Below the pieces are notes generated by a model. The model was not told where the DNA came from. It ran no database searches and saw only the letters and a program-made list of their open reading frames with translations. The position numbers and the translations under genes are program-made. From Podarcis muralis (lineage: Eukaryota), in NCBI RefSeq assembly GCF_964188315.1, contig NC_135656.1, forward strand, positions 33,976,001-34,040,000: a stretch of 64,000 nucleotides of DNA, read 5' to 3'. Shown here in pieces: positions 1 through 13,349 of this stretch (the stretch's first letter is position 1; every line of letters begins with the position of its first letter).

Positions 1-590
1 TGCTCAGCCTCCTTCCCTTGATTTCCCTTGGTGTGCCGCTTTATTGCTCAGCGCTCTCTTCCCATGTTGCCAAGACTTGCCAAGCTACAGCTTTAGGGAA
101 CAAATTAATGGCTCTGAGATGAATGAATGTGATAGCATATTTGCACTGGTCCTCTATTAGCTTTCAGGCACGGCCCATGAAACTTGTTCCCGACCCAAGA
201 ATGCAGCCCTAACTAGTAGATGCGTGCACTAAGTCCAAGCACATTCCCCGGGCATTTTCTGTGGCTGCCCCACAGCTGCGCACTCCCTTCCATTGCAGAC
301 CCGCAGAGCTGCTAACATCACAGACGTGCCAAAATACCAGGGCGGGTTTTAAACAGCTGGCGTTAAAATAGAAAAGGTTCCTCAGTAAAATGTTACTGAG
401 CACAATTCCCAGAGTTGAAGGTGAAGAGGGATGGGTAGTTAAACCACTCTTGGAACTGTAGCCCTGGGAGGGGAAGAGGGGTCTTCTAACGACTCTCTGC
501 ACCCTTCACAATCTATGGATTCCAGATTTCTTTGGGGAAGCCATGACAGTTTAAAGTGGTATCACAGTGCCTTAAATGTATAGTGTGACC

Positions 591-1029
591 TCCCCCTGCC
601 TGCCTGTCCCCGGACCTCTTCTGAAGGCTGGCGGGGGGCAAAAGTCTTTGTCCCCCCTGCCTGCCTTCCCAGGGGCTTTTAAATCGCCCCGGACAGCGGA
701 GAAGTCCTCCGCTGTCCCGGGGCGATTTTAAAATGCCGCCCGCCAGCATTTTAAGATCGCCCCGGACAGCGGAGAAGTCCTCCGCTGTCCCGGGGTTTTT
801 TAAAATGCTGGGGGTGGGAAGAAAAGCCCTTGTCCCCCCCCCCCCCCGAGCCTTCAGAAGAGGTCCGGGGACAGACTGTCCCCGGACCTGGTCTGAAGGC
901 GGTTTCCCTAGGAACGCATTAATTGATTTTCAATGCATTCCTATGGGAAACCGTGCATTGCAAGACGAAAAACTCGCAAGACGAAGAGACTTGCGGAACG
1001 AATTAATTTCGTCTTGCGAGGCACCACTG
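591..1029. mobile_element. Partial MITE of the CAGTGGTGCCTCGCAAGACG family (right TIR only)
   Basis: Ends ...TTCGTCTTGCGAGGCACCACTG-TA at 1029-1031; GC-rich nested inverted repeats internally; no left TIR seen. Confidence 0.7.
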
Positions 1030-1430
1030 TAACATGTTTTTCCCCCTGAAGGGGTATTTTGTGGTAGCGGCCGCCACTGCTCCTGCAAATGCCCTGGAAC
1101 AATGCAAAGTCTGGAGAATTGTGGAAGAAGCAAAATGGTGGCCAGGCTACTAATGAAGAGGAATGTCTCAGGAAAAAAGAGGCTGTGCTAATGCCACTGT
1201 TCATAAGGGGTCTCGTCCCTGAGACACTATTGGAGAATTTCTCTTTCCCCTAAAGAAATTCCGGAAAATGTCCCTGTCCCCCCCAGCAAATGGAGTGGGG
1301 AATTTTGAGAGGCCATTTGTATATAGCATTAGATATGAATGTGGAGGTTTGAATGCTGTGAGCTAAAGACATCATGTGCTGAGCAGCATATAAACACAGC
1401 TCCTTCCTAGCAAAAATCAAAGTGCCTGAC

Positions 1431-1778
1431 AGGTAAAGGTAAAGGGACCCCTGACCATTAGGTCCAGTCATTGCCGACTCTGGGGTTGCGATGCTCATCT
1501 CACTTTATTGGCCGAGGGAGCCGGCGTACAGCTTCCGGGTCATGTGGCCAGCATGACTAAGCCGCTTCTGGCGAACCAGAGCAGCGCACGGAAACGCTGT
1601 TTACCTTCCTGCCAGAGCAGTACCTATTTATCTACTTGCACTTTGACGTGCTTTCGAACTGCTTGGTTGGCAGGAGCTGGGACCAAGCAACGGGAGCTCA
1701 CCCCGTCTCAGGGATTCGAACCACCAACCATCTGATCGGCAAGTCCTAGGCTCTGTGGTTTAACCCACAGCGCCACAC
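1431..1778 (-). mobile_element. Sauria SINE (subfamily A type)
   Basis: tRNA-like head gtggcgctgtgggttaaaccacagagcctagg...ggttcgaatccc, conserved core gcaagtagataaataggtac, and a (ACCTTT)n tail. Confidence 0.9.
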
Positions 1779-3860
1779 CAGCTTTAATACAATATACTGA
1801 TGCCGAACAATATAGCAGTGCCCTTAAGGCTAAAGGAAATAACCCAGCAGAGGAACAATTTGGCAATTGCCAGAGGGCATGCATTGGGGGCTTGAGGAAC
1901 CCTGCGTAAAGTTACTGAGCTTCCAAAAACAATTCCTGTTTGCGTTCATCAATTTGCACAGAATAGCCAAGGGGACGCAATTGGCATAAATCATGCCCTG
2001 CTCTTCAGCGGCAGATTTTGTTATGCACAGCCTAGAACTGTGGGTGTCAGCTTTTAAACTGCATGACGTTGATCCCTGGGTGTCATCTCCCTCCAAAGCT
2101 TCACCGTGACGTTTCCCACAGTAGTTGTTGGCAATTGCATGCACTGTCTGAATCCTTTCTAGCTCCTGGCAAGTCTTATTTGAGGAACCAGTTTGAATCA
2201 ACACAGCATGCCTTTATGTACTCAGCTGACTTGAATTAAAGCAGGGCTTGACCTGACCTAGTGATATGTGCAAATCCCTCCAGTTCTCCCACGACTGCAC
2301 TGGAGGGACATGTTTTGCCCCAGTTATTCTCTCACTTAACCCCATTCCTACAGGGTTACGTCAGAAACTCAGGGCCTTGTCTGGCCCAGTTGTGCCTCAG
2401 AGGCCTTTGACACCTCCCACTTTCAGGAGCCTCAGCTGTTTGTTTGCAGATATGTACTTCTTCATTTCAATTTTTATTTCTTGTAAGAAAAAGACAAAGG
2501 GATAAATTAAAAATACCACTGATATAATCCATCTGGTCAACTAATAGGCACTCTTATCTTAGCTTCAAGCCTCTCCAGGAGCCATTGTTCTCTGCTCCGA
2601 CACCAAGCCATATTTTGGGAAGCAAAAGTATGCCTGTAACTGGAAAGAGTGTGGAGGTGTGAGGGAGGATTCAGGAAGCTGGCAGGTGAAGAACCAAGAG
2701 AAGATAATTGGGTATCACAGCTAGGTTGCTTCCTTTTCATGCCGCACCCCCTTTCCTAGTCTCAGGGCCTATGCAAAATGTGCTGTAGCATGTCCATGAG
2801 AGAAAGAACAGCCATACATTGATACTACGCCGGGTGAAAACATGTAGTTAGGAAGTTTTCTCTTGCATAATTCATGCTATCTATTTCACATGTTACCTCT
2901 TATAGCACCAAGAGGAACCATTAAAGAAGAATGTGATTGCTTTGTTGGCACCAGCTCAGCCAACATTCTGAGCAAAGGGAGTCACCGCTGAGGAAACCTG
3001 CTGTAACATATTGTTATGCATTTGGAGGGGTCGGTTTGGATGACACCCTGCTTCTCTTCCAAACCCTCGATCCTGTATCTGTGAGGATACTGTTAAACCA
3101 GGAACTTCACCAAGGCTATGGTCTTTGCTGGCCGGTTAAGCTGGCCTCATCAGCATTTTAAATAATGAACGGTTAGGCATTTTCCTCACTCCCCTCACCT
3201 GGCTGGAAGCCACGTAATCCTAGGTGGAAGAACAGTAGCCAGAGTTGCATGTGTGAGTTTGACTGGTATTAGAAGCTGGAGACAGAGAAACACTCTGTGC
3301 TGGATCTAAATTTGGGACTCCCTCTGAAAATCTACTTATGCCCCTTCACCTTATGCTTCAGTGTGAATGAATCCTAAAGACACCAGTCTCTACTGACCAT
3401 TGTTCCAGGGAAACCAAACCGTGGGAAAGTACAGGAACCCCTGGAGTCACTCAGAGATTAGAGATGTATCAATATAAAGGGGGCAGCTGGTGAAGGGCCT
3501 CAGCAGAGGTTCTTGATGTGCAGGCTGGTTGTTATGTGAACAGGCCCTTGCCATGTTGAACCCAACTGACACCGTTAGGCATGATATAAATCCACTTGAC
3601 CAGGGGTAGCCAACATACTGCCCTGCATTTTTAAAAAAAATACAACTCCTATCATCCCTTAACATTGGCCACACTGGAAGAGGCTGATGGGAACCAAAGT
3701 CCAACAACATCATTTGGAGAACCAACGATTCCAAAGTGTGTTTCCAGTTCCCACTGCATATAAAGCAGAGGAGAGGACAGAACTGGGCCGATCTGTGACT
3801 GGGATTTTATTCTTAAACTCAAAAGAAAGCCCTCTGTGAAAAACAGTTGCAGGCAACTTT

Positions 3861-4270
3861 TGTTGTTGTTGTTGTTTAGTCGTGTCCGACTCTTCGTGAC
3901 CCCATGGACCAGAGCACGCCAGGCACTCCTGTCTTCCACTGCCTCCTGCAGTTTGGTCAGACTCATGCTGGTAGCTTCGAGAACACTGTCCAACAATCTT
4001 GTCCTCCATCGTCCCCTTCTCCTTGTGCCCTCCATCTTTCCCAACATCAGGGTCTTTTCCAGGGAGTCTTCTCTTCTCATGAGGTGGCCAAAGTACTGGA
4101 GTCTCAGCTTCAGGATCTGTCCTTCCAGTGAGCACTCAGGGCTCATTTCCTTAAGAATGGATAGGTTTGATCTTCTTGCAGTCCACGGGACTCTCAAGAG
4201 TCTCCTCCAGCACCATAATTCAAAAGCATCAATTCTTCGGCGATCAGCCTTCTTTATGGTCCAGCTCTCT
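3861..4270 (-). mobile_element. 5'-truncated Bov-B LINE 3' end
   Basis: Translates to ...IKKADRRRIDAFELWCWRRLLRVPWTARRSN...HGVTKSRTRLN with a (CAA)n tail; likely 8-bp TSD GCAACTTT (3853-3860, 4272-4279). Confidence 0.9.
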
Positions 4271-5658
4271 TGCAACTTTACCGCAATGTTATTTAAAAAC
4301 GAGAAGGAGCCGTTGCAATTTTAAGTGGAAGAAGAACAGGTGGAGAGGTTAGCATGCCAACCCCTTTCCCTTGGCCCTAGTGGTGATTTTTCTGCTCCAA
4401 CTCTCACACCCATGCTCAGCTGCACCAGTGATTCTTTCCAGTACTTGGTTAGCCAATGTCACAGGAACTATCATATCTGTAATGAACTGGTCACCAAAGA
4501 AGAGATGGCACTGCTATTTCCACATGTCACCTTCCTTCTCTATGGCAAGCTCTCTATGTTGACACCTCAGGATTGTCAGCAACCCAAAACCCAGAATGGA
4601 AACCATGATCCATCTGTGAGAACGAAATGCCATATGGAGCAAGTCCTGGCTGAAGATTAACTCTGACATCATTAGTGGGCAATTAATACAGAAAACATTT
4701 TGGACTTTGTGGAATCCTATTTGGCTTGTGAAGCAAAATCAGTTTCATTTTTTCACTTGTTCCTCATCCCGTATCCATGAATAACCCACATACGCCAGTA
4801 TCATCCTCCCAGAGTTTCTTCGTTCACACACATCCTCTCTTTACTTACGTGAGGCCCACAGTATAATTTGTGTATCTATTCTTGTCTTAATTATACCAAG
4901 TCCTTTCTCCCATCTTCGTCCCAAATGTCACCACCTTTGTGGAATAAAATCCTTTTGAGTGTTAATTAAGCTCCCATTGCTCTGATGCAATACATTATTA
5001 TCTTCTTGGTTTATGGAACAGCCTCAAATATTTTTACCTTAGCCATGCAGTAATTATTTCTCTAAAATGCTACTGTAAGTGTATACACAGTATCCAGTTG
5101 CTCTCAGCTAATCATTTGTGAATACATTGCATCTTCTACTTGTTTGAAATTCTAAAAGTTTCATAACGGCATAGATTTTATTTCAGTCCACTAGTATGGG
5201 GGGAGCAGAAATTATTATTGATTGACACTTCGGGTTAATACCTCGAAGTTCTAATTCTTCATTATTTACTTGAGCATCACCTTTGCCATGTAGTCTCTTC
5301 TACGTCATGCTGGCATGAAAATGTTCTCCATCATGTGGTACTTCCCATGCCATTTTATCCGTGACCCCTTTTCCCCAGTGTGCCAGGTGTTTTTGGACTC
5401 CAACACCCACCGGCCCCAGACAGTATCTCCAGTAACCAGGAATTATGAAAACAGCTACCTCTGGAGGGTCACAGATTAGCAACCCTTGTTAAGTATATTA
5501 GTTTTGACCTAGGAAACCTCCAATTCAAATCTCATCCACAAAAGACTCAGCCACAAAAGGATCTAGTAGTTTTAGGCAAATTTGGCTTTCTCTCTGACAT
5601 GCTATCTTACCCACATATAGCCAGTATCACCTGCCCTGCCCCCAAACAGAGAAGCATT

Positions 5659-6345
5659 CATAGAATCATAGAATCTTAAGAGTTGGAAGGGACTCCAAGA
5701 ATCATCTAGTCCAACCCCCTGCAAAGCAGAAATCTTAGCTAAAGCATCCACGACAGATGGCCATCCAACCTCTGCTTAAAAACATTCAAGGAAGGAGAGT
5801 CCACCACCTCCCGTTGGGAGTCTGTTCCACTGCCAAACAGCTCTTACTGTCAGAAAGTCCCCCCCCCAAAAAAAAAAATTAGTTGGAATCTTCTTTCTTG
5901 TAATTTAAACCATTGCCTCGAGTCCTACCATCCAGAGCAGGAGAAATTAAGCATGCTCCTTCTCCCTTAAGATATTTGAAGATGGCAATCATATCATATC
6001 ATAAGAATTGCCCTGCTTGGTGGGCAAAGGCCCATTTAGTCCACCATCCTGTTTTCACAGTGGCCGACCAGATGCCCAGAGGAAGTCCATGGGCAGGACC
6101 CAAGAACAAGACCCCACTTGTGGTGTTCAAAGGCATAGTTCCTTCGACAATAGAATTAAAATATAGCCATTTATGGCAATTGTCCTCCATGGATTTGTTT
6201 AATCCTCTTTTAAAGGCACCCAGGTTGGTGGCCATCATTGCCCCTTGTGGGAATGCATCCCATAGTTTAACTATGTGCTGTGCTTAAGAAGTCCTTTCTT
6301 TTGCCTGTCCTGAATCCTCCAACGTTCAGCTTCATTGGATGCTGC
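5659..6345 (-). mobile_element. Two CR1 LINE 3'-end fragments
   Basis: (ATTCTATG)n tail at ~5660; RT C-terminal peptide MMATNLGAFKRGLNKSMED (ORF 6238-5999). Confidence 0.75.
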
Positions 6346-6640
6346 ATACGCACTATACATTTAAAACACGTGACTCCACCCTAAGAATATTGGGAACCAG
6401 TGGCGTAGCATGGGGGGTGCAGGGGGGCTGGCGGGCGCAACATCTGGGGGTTAGGGTTAGGGGGCGCAAATCCACGGGTTAGGGGGTGCAAATTACTTGC
6501 CTTGCCCCGGGTGCTGACAACCCACGCTACGACACTGTTGGGAACTGTAGTTTAAGGGGCACTGGGAACTGTATCTCTGACGAGGGTAAACTACAGTTCC
6601 CAGGATTTTTTGGGGTGAAATAGTGTGCTTTAAATGTGTT
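6345..6640. mobile_element. Palindromic non-autonomous DNA element hosting the hAT MITE (related copies at ~395-588, ~35520-35640, ~47900-48050)
   Basis: Ends acatttaaaacac...gtgctttaaatgt; internal gggaactgtagt/actacagttccc inverted motifs. Confidence 0.45.
6398..6537. mobile_element. hAT-superfamily MITE, 140 bp
   Basis: TIR CAGTGGCGTAGCATGGG / CCCACGCTACGACACTG; 8-bp TSD TTGGGAAC at 6390-6397 and 6538-6545. Confidence 0.85.
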
Positions 6641-6667
6641 TTTAGCTTGTGGTATCAATACAGCCGC

Positions 6668-7027
6668 GGGACGCGGGGGGCGCTGTGGGTAAAAGCCTCA
6701 GTGCCTAGGACTTGCTGATCGAAAGGTCGGCGGTTCGAATCCCCGCGGCAGGGTGCCCTCCTGTTGCTCGGTCCCAGCGCCTGCCAACCTAGCAGTTCGA
6801 AAGCACCCCCGGGTGCAAGTAGATAAATAGGGACCGCTTACTAGCGGGAAGGTAAACGGCGTTTCCGTGTGCTGCGCTGGCTCGCCAGATGCAGCTTTGT
6901 CACGCTGGCCACGTGACCCGGAAGTGTCTCCGGACAGCGCTGGCCCCCGGCCTCTTAAGTGAGATGGGCGCACAACCCTAGAGTCTGTCAAGACTGGCCC
7001 GTACAGGCAGGGGTACCTTTACCTTTT
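6668..7027 (+). mobile_element. Sauria SINE (subfamily B type)
   Basis: Head gggacgcgggggcgctgtgggtaaaagcctcag, tail ggggtacctttacctt; ATACAGCC flanks both ends (TSD). Confidence 0.9.
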
Positions 7028-7123
7028 ATCTATACAGCCATAATGTTATGGGCGGGGGGGGGCTTAACCACATACTGCATGTACATTATTTAGCAATTGC
7101 CTCCAGGGGCAAAGATGGTTCCA

Positions 7124-7267
7124 AGAATCACATAGTTGGAAGGGACCTGGAGGATCATCTAGCCCAACCCCCTGCAGTGCAGGAATATGCAAGTGTCCCA
7201 TATGGGGAATCGAACCTGCAGCTTTGGTGTTATCAGCACCATGCTGTAAACCAACTGAGCTATCCAG
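7124..7267 (-). mobile_element. tRNA-head SINE with CR1-type 3' tail (Squam2-like)
   Basis: Head ctggatagctcagttggtt...ggttcgattcccc followed by a CR1 tail attcctgcactgcagggggttgggctagatgatcc...cccttccaac. Confidence 0.65.
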
Positions 7268-7289
7268 TGCTCATGCCATGCATCATTTT

Positions 7290-7460
7290 ATATACTTCTA
7301 GCATGTCACCTCTTATTTACCTTTTCTCTAAACTTAAAAGCCCCAAATGCTGCAATCTTTCATAGGAGATTGATCATTTTGCCTGCCCTTTTCTGAACTT
7401 TCCCCAGCTCTACAATATCCTTTTGGAGGTGAGGGAACCAGAAACGTGAATTTAAGATTA
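7290..7460 (-). mobile_element. CR1 RT fragment
   Basis: FWFPHLQKDIVELGKVQKRAGKMI, a typical CR1 RT C-terminal region. Confidence 0.7.
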
Positions 7461-8814
7461 TTTTTTTGCTCCAGTGTGCATCATCTGCAGCTCCCAACAG
7501 CACTGCTACAATCCAGGAAATGTTTTGTGACTGACTTCTGCTGATGGTGCAAACTAGTATAGAATACATTGCCTAAGAGCACTTTGTGAGTCCCTAAGAG
7601 GAAATCTGAGCTGAAAACTTTTACCTCACCTGTATTTCACCAGCTCTTTCATCTATTAGTGTACGGATGTGACTTGCAAATTGATCTAGACGTAACCTGG
7701 TATTTCCATGATTTGCGTCACCCACAAGTAATCTGCATGCTTTAAATTCATAGACTTTGTTGTTTTACCCATCCAACATAATGTGGTCTGTCTGCTAGAA
7801 ATTCTGGGTTTGGGCCTACTATTATCACAAATACAAATCCAGTGGACCTGTCATAATCCTTACACTTTGGAGCTAAATTAAGACCTTGAAGACAGACATT
7901 GAGAGTCTGTTTGCCAACCAAATCAAACTTTACTAGTTTATCAACTTTTGCAGTTTATCCAACTCACGTGGCAAATCAATATGTCAGTTCTACCCAAAGT
8001 CCTGCTCCAAAGTTCAGTTCAACCTCCGCCACAAATGTATGTATCAAATAGCCATCATTGATGTTATCCGAATTTACGTCTTCCAATTCTGTCACACTTT
8101 TGTTGAAACAAGGAGTCTTACTGTGTGGTCCAAGGTTGACCATTTGCAGGGCCAGCCCAAAGCATTTCGCTGCCTGATGCGGAGGACAAGAGAGGGCTCC
8201 CTCACTCAATCTCCATTCCACTTACAGGGCAGTGCTATTTTTTCTGAAGAAGAGGTGCTGGAACTCACTATGAATGCCTCCCTTGTTCTCTGTGCCCACC
8301 TGGGAGGTGCCAGAACTGAGTTCTGCTGAGTTCCTGCTGAAAAAAGTCATTTTACAGGGTTATTTCCAATGTGGTGCTAAACAACTTGTTGCGTCAACAC
8401 AAGGATTTACATTTGCACACAGGAACTCCCCTCCCCCACTTTCCTCTTCCCACGCGCACCCTGCACTCTCTGCAGAGAGTTAGGGAGAGACCCTAGAAAA
8501 AATTTAGAGGGTATGCAAGAGTGGAGGAGAGGGGGGAAATTTCTGTTGTTCGAGCCTAAATCTTTGCACCGATGGAGCCAGTAAGTTGGCTAACACCCAC
8601 AGAATTCAGCTACAGGGTGGGTAGCTGAATTTCACCTTAACCCTGCTGATGGGACAATATCCTCCCACCATCCCTGAGGGCAGGAGACTAGCTTAAGGGG
8701 TACAGAGGAGGCTGGCTTAGGGAACTCAGAGAGAATGCGAACAGGGGACTGCTGCCATCTGAAGCAGCCGCCTCACTTGGCCTAATGGTTGGGCTGGACC
8801 TGAACCTGAGCCAC

Positions 8815-9275
8815 ACCCATTGGGTCCAAGCTATCTAAAAGATCGTATTCCCTCATACAAACCTGCCCAGGTTTTGAGATCTTTGGGAGAGGCCCTTCTC
8901 TCGGTCCTGCCATCCTCACAGGCACACTTGGTGGGGATGTGGGCGAGGGCCTTCTCAGTGGCTGCTCCCAGGCTCTGGAACTCCATCCCTGGAGAAGCTA
9001 GCCTGGCTCCCTCCTTGTCCTTCTGCCAGCAAGTGAAGACATTTTCATTCCATCAAGCTTTTGGGAACTGACTGCTTTTAATGAAAGCTCTGGTGCTGTT
9101 CTTATTTGAAATTATTTGTATGGTTTTAACACATTGTGTATATATGTATATAGTCTTCCTTCTAACAATGCTTGATTGTTTTTTAATGATTTTTTTCCTA
9201 TGTTTTTAGCGGTTCTCGTGTTAATAGGTAAGCTGCCTTGAGTCTCGTCAGGGGGAAAGGGTATAAATATATGAC
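8815..9275 (+). mobile_element. L2 LINE 3' end
   Basis: GPSYLKDRI...RAFSVAAPRLWNSIP...VKTFSFHQAF followed by an AT-rich 3'UTR. Confidence 0.8.
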
Positions 9276-9986
9276 GATGGTGATGATGATGATGATGATA
9301 AAAATTTCCCCATCTGAGATAATTGATCTGACTACACCTGACGGCATCTTCAGAATCAAGTTCTGGAGAAGCGGGAAAAAGGTACTTTTGGACTGCTCCA
9401 CAGGATTTCAGTTCCCGGAGAACATACCATGAGATGTTTGCAGTGCTTCCGTGGGAAACATAAGAAATCACATCCTGTGTTGTGTACAGGGAACCTGCTC
9501 TGCAAAACCATTTGTCCTATTTTCAGGGTTTAGATTCCTCTTGCAATAATGACCAAGTGGCGGTTTTATTTCCTCAGCCTAACCACTCACTTTCCAATCT
9601 TGCCCTTGGAGGAACTTCCTGTTTTTGCCCTACCACCTGTCGAGCCAGAAGGGTTGCCATCTTCCAGGTTATTCCCCATGCTAGAGTTGGCATCTTGCTG
9701 CTAGTTCCTCTATGGCCTCTTAGGCTCCACATTTTAAATTCTATCACACAACATCCTTCCTGCCAGTGCAATGATTCACGTGTTTTAAGATGCCATTTTA
9801 AAGCAATATTCCGACTGACAGTGTCAGAACCAAGTCAATGGCTACAACTGGAATTTTTTCTTTTAACGAACGGTTCCATGTAAGTGATGAGGACATACAC
9901 ACTTGATACAATTTACCAGTTTACCTGTGGGATCACCTTACCCCAACTGCTATGATCTCCAGAATAGGCACTGTTCCGGCATTGCA

Positions 9987-10352
9987 GGGACATGGTTGGC
10001 GCTGTGTTTCTAAACCACTGAGCCTCTTGGGCTTGCCAATCCAAAAGTCAGCGGTTCAAATCCCCACTACGGGCTGAACTCCCGTTGCTCTGTCTCAGTT
10101 CCTGCCAACCTAGCACTCTGAAAGCATGCCGGTGCAAGTAGATAAATAGGTACCGCTGTGTTGTGGCAATAAGGTAAATGGCATTTCCGTGCGCTCTGGT
10201 TTCCCTCATGGTGTTCCGTTGCGCCAGAAGCAGTTTAGTCATGCTGGTCACATGAGCTGGGAAGCTGTCTGTGGGCAAACGTCGGCCCCCTTGGCCTAAA
10301 AGCGAGATGAGCGCCGCAACCCCATAGCCACCTTTGACTGGGCTTAACCATC
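9987..10352 (+). mobile_element. Sauria SINE (divergent, third variant)
   Basis: Head ggcgctgtgtttctaaaccactgagcctcttgggcttg, core gcaagtagataaataggtaccgc, ending in gactgggcttaacc. Confidence 0.8.
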
Positions 10353-10584
10353 CGGGGGGGAGGCTCCTACTTTTTTTCCTACTGCAGGGGGTTGAATCGA
10401 TGACCCTCATGGTCCCTTCCAACTCTACAATTCTATCATTCCCTCAATCTTTTACTTTAGCAGCACATACATACACTTTGAAACACCCTGCTATCAGGCA
10501 GGTACTTTCACTATACTCTTTTAAGCAGCTGCTAAAAACATTATTTTTTTTTTAGAGAAGCCTATCTCTATCCATATCCCTATC

Positions 10585-10890
10585 ACGATTCGAATCCCTG
10601 CGACGGCGTGAGCTCCCATTGCTCGGTCCCTGCTCCTGCCCACCTAGCAGTTCGAAAGTACGTCAAAGTGCAAGCAGATAAATAGGTGCAAGTAGATAAA
10701 TAGGTACCACTCCAGCGGGAAGATAAACAGTGTTTCCGTGCACTGCTCTGGTTTGCCAGAAGTGGCTTAGTCATGCTGGCGACATGACCCAGAAGCTGTA
10801 CGCCGGCTCCCTTGGCCAATAAAGTGAGATGAGCACCGCAACTCCAGTCGTCCACGAATGGACCTAACGGTCAGGGGTCCCTTTACCTTT
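10585..10890 (+). mobile_element. 5'-truncated Sauria SINE with an internal 18-bp tandem duplication
   Basis: Core and tail ggggtccctttaccttt present; GTGCAAG(C/T)AGATAAATAG occurs twice (10668-10703). Confidence 0.85.
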
Positions 10891-13349
10891 TTATCCAGAT
10901 ATCTAGAATGAGAATGTTTTAATCTGTTGTGTGTTGCACCTGTCCCCACTAGCAACCCACCAAGGAATGCCTCACCAATGGTAGTAGTGGTTGTGGTGAT
11001 AGATGACACCCAGCAAACAGTTGTCACACTTTTTTAAAAAAAACACCACCACCACACTCCCACATAATGCACTTCAGCATGTCCTGCGTAATATGTGATT
11101 TTTATGTTGGATTCCCCCCCAACTCACTACATTATCTCTGGATCAGGAAAATCCAAATTAAATTGGGGGTGGGGGGGTAGTAGTACAAACTGAACTTGGA
11201 ACAGGATGTTGTGTGGATAACGCACAACACACACACACACCTGGGACACATCAAACCCACTTTACAGTGCCCTGTGTTCACACCTTGAGTCAATATTGGT
11301 GATGAGGAACTGAGGCTGAGAAATAGTGATGTACCTAAAGGTTCCAAATGACTTGAAAAGTAAGGTGGGATTTGAAGTGTCGACAATCTGGTTCAAAGCT
11401 TCAGTCACACGTCCCCAGCTCTCGAGGTCACTTAAGCTTCTCTGTCATCTACGAACTTGTAAGAAAACACATAATAAAAAAAAACCAACGATATCTTTTT
11501 ATGGTTGTTCATGCTTTGAGGCCTTCTTCATGGGATCTGAGCAGCCGTTTTTCATCTCACCGTATCTGTGGCAGATAGTTGTGTTACTTTGTTGGTGTTC
11601 CTTGTCTTTGACTGACTAGGATAAGGAAACCACAGAGGTCAGGGGTTTCCTGAAGCATGAAGTGCGATGAGAAATAGGGTTGAATGGAAATATGTACTAC
11701 TCCTCTAGTGTATATATATATAAAATCTACCTGCAATCCAATAAATCTGGTTTTGAAGGCACTGACAGAGGTGGGCATTTCTTAGGTGTTTTCTTTTTGA
11801 GAATCTCCCTTCCTATCTCTATCTAGTACCCTTGTACTCTGATCCCTCAGAGCTTGCCAAGAAGATGGAGGCATGAGCCTCCAGAGGCATTCCTAGGGGT
11901 AATTGAAACCAGCTCCTGCTGAGGCCGCAAGCCCAGCGGGGGTGCAAGAATCACCTATCAGGTGTTGAAGTCCTCCCAATACCTGGAGCACCCCCCTCAC
12001 CCAATGCTCAGCACTCCAGCATCTGTTTTGCTGGCAGAAGGAATGCGCTGGGATCTCTAGCAGGAAGAACTGCTGCTCCTGCTGCAGGAGGAGGAGATGG
12101 AATGGCCTCCAGGCATAGAGCGGCGTAAATGCCCCATTAATCCCCAAGAAGCCATGGTCCTCCTGTTCAGGCAACCTCGCCTGCTTCTCAGGTTGTTGTT
12201 TTTTTCAGGGGAGGGGGGGGTGCCAATACAGCTCCTTGCCAAGGGTGCAAGGGACACTAGGTATGCCTCTGAGAGCATCCACCTTATACCCTCAAGTGCT
12301 CAAGGGCATGTCTCATCTTCAGGCTCCTCCAGGGAAATGTGAAAATTTGTAGGTCACCTGCCACCTCCTATGGTGTTTTGTTCCTTAATTGATTTATTTA
12401 AAGCCGGCAGGGTGAAACCAAATGCAGGAAGAAACGAACAATGGACTCTCCTGCTTCCATTGCCACTTATATAACCAAATTACAACCTGGTTTAGACAAT
12501 TCCCGCCTCAACTCTTATGGGTAATTTAGAGCGCCGTCCCACTGCTTGTGATGGAATTCCTAACACAACTATGCAAGTACATTTCCAAGCGATGATTGAT
12601 GTAAATAACTTTTGGGCTAGCCATTATGGAGTCGTGAGAAGTCCCAAGGAAGGGTGTGTGCAATTTCCTGGTCTGGTGTGTGGAGAGAAATGAAGGCTGT
12701 AGGCCTCAGAGACCCCAGAGCTATGGCAACAGCAGAGTAATATGTAACTCAAGGGGAACTGGGCCCTGTTAGGTGACCATAAGGCCAAACTAGCCGATAC
12801 ATTAGCTTTGTATCTAGGCCCTTAAATGCATCTTTTTATGCCAGTGCTGGTGGGACAGCAGATCCAGATGGGGATCCCAGCATGGGGGGGGGGGAGTGTT
12901 GGGGCCCAGCTGGCTACACATCATTTAGTTTGGTCCTGCATGGCACCTAACCCTGAAGAAAGTATACCAGTGTAAGTCAATGGCTCGCTCACACATCTTG
13001 AGTTGAGATTATGTAAAGGATAAACAGTAGGTGCTTAACTTGGTCATCAGGACACATTAATTAGGCTTGGCAAGCAGTAGCTGCTAAATATTTGGCAAAG
13101 CTGGAGGATTATTGGCTAAAACCCAGGTTTCTTCCTCCCTGGCACCATATTTCCCCCTTTATGTTTAAGACTTAATTTCCAGGTGCCATTTGAAACTGGA
13201 AGGAGAAGAGAAGAGACTGGTTCATTTGCAGGCGTGTAGGAGGTTATGGATCCATTAGTGCAATTATGTGTGCTTGAGGCCTGCCGGGTTATGAACTCAG
13301 GGTCAAACTAGATCCGACCTGAAGTACCTGATTCAAAACTCTGCTTGTG

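Noticed and set aside
1508-1735. Recurrent similar peptides (MAEGAGVQL..., MTDSRVVR...) suggesting a small gene family, also at 6698, 10583, 32587, 32989 and 34863
   Set aside because: All are translations of Sauria SINE copies.
7200-7267. tRNA-like A/B-box sequences (also at 13630, 34450 and the SINE heads)
   Set aside because: They are SINE heads attached to LINE-derived tails, without a complete cloverleaf or terminator.
8226-8299. 74-nt minus-strand AG...GTAAGT-bounded open segment (VGTENKGGIHSEFQHLFFRKNSTA)
   Set aside because: Isolated, with a weak pyrimidine tract, an unrecognised peptide and no partner exons.
11860-12350. GC-richer region with three overlapping 73-93 aa ORFs
   Set aside because: In-frame stops flank each ORF and there is no recognisable homology; possibly an old repeat.
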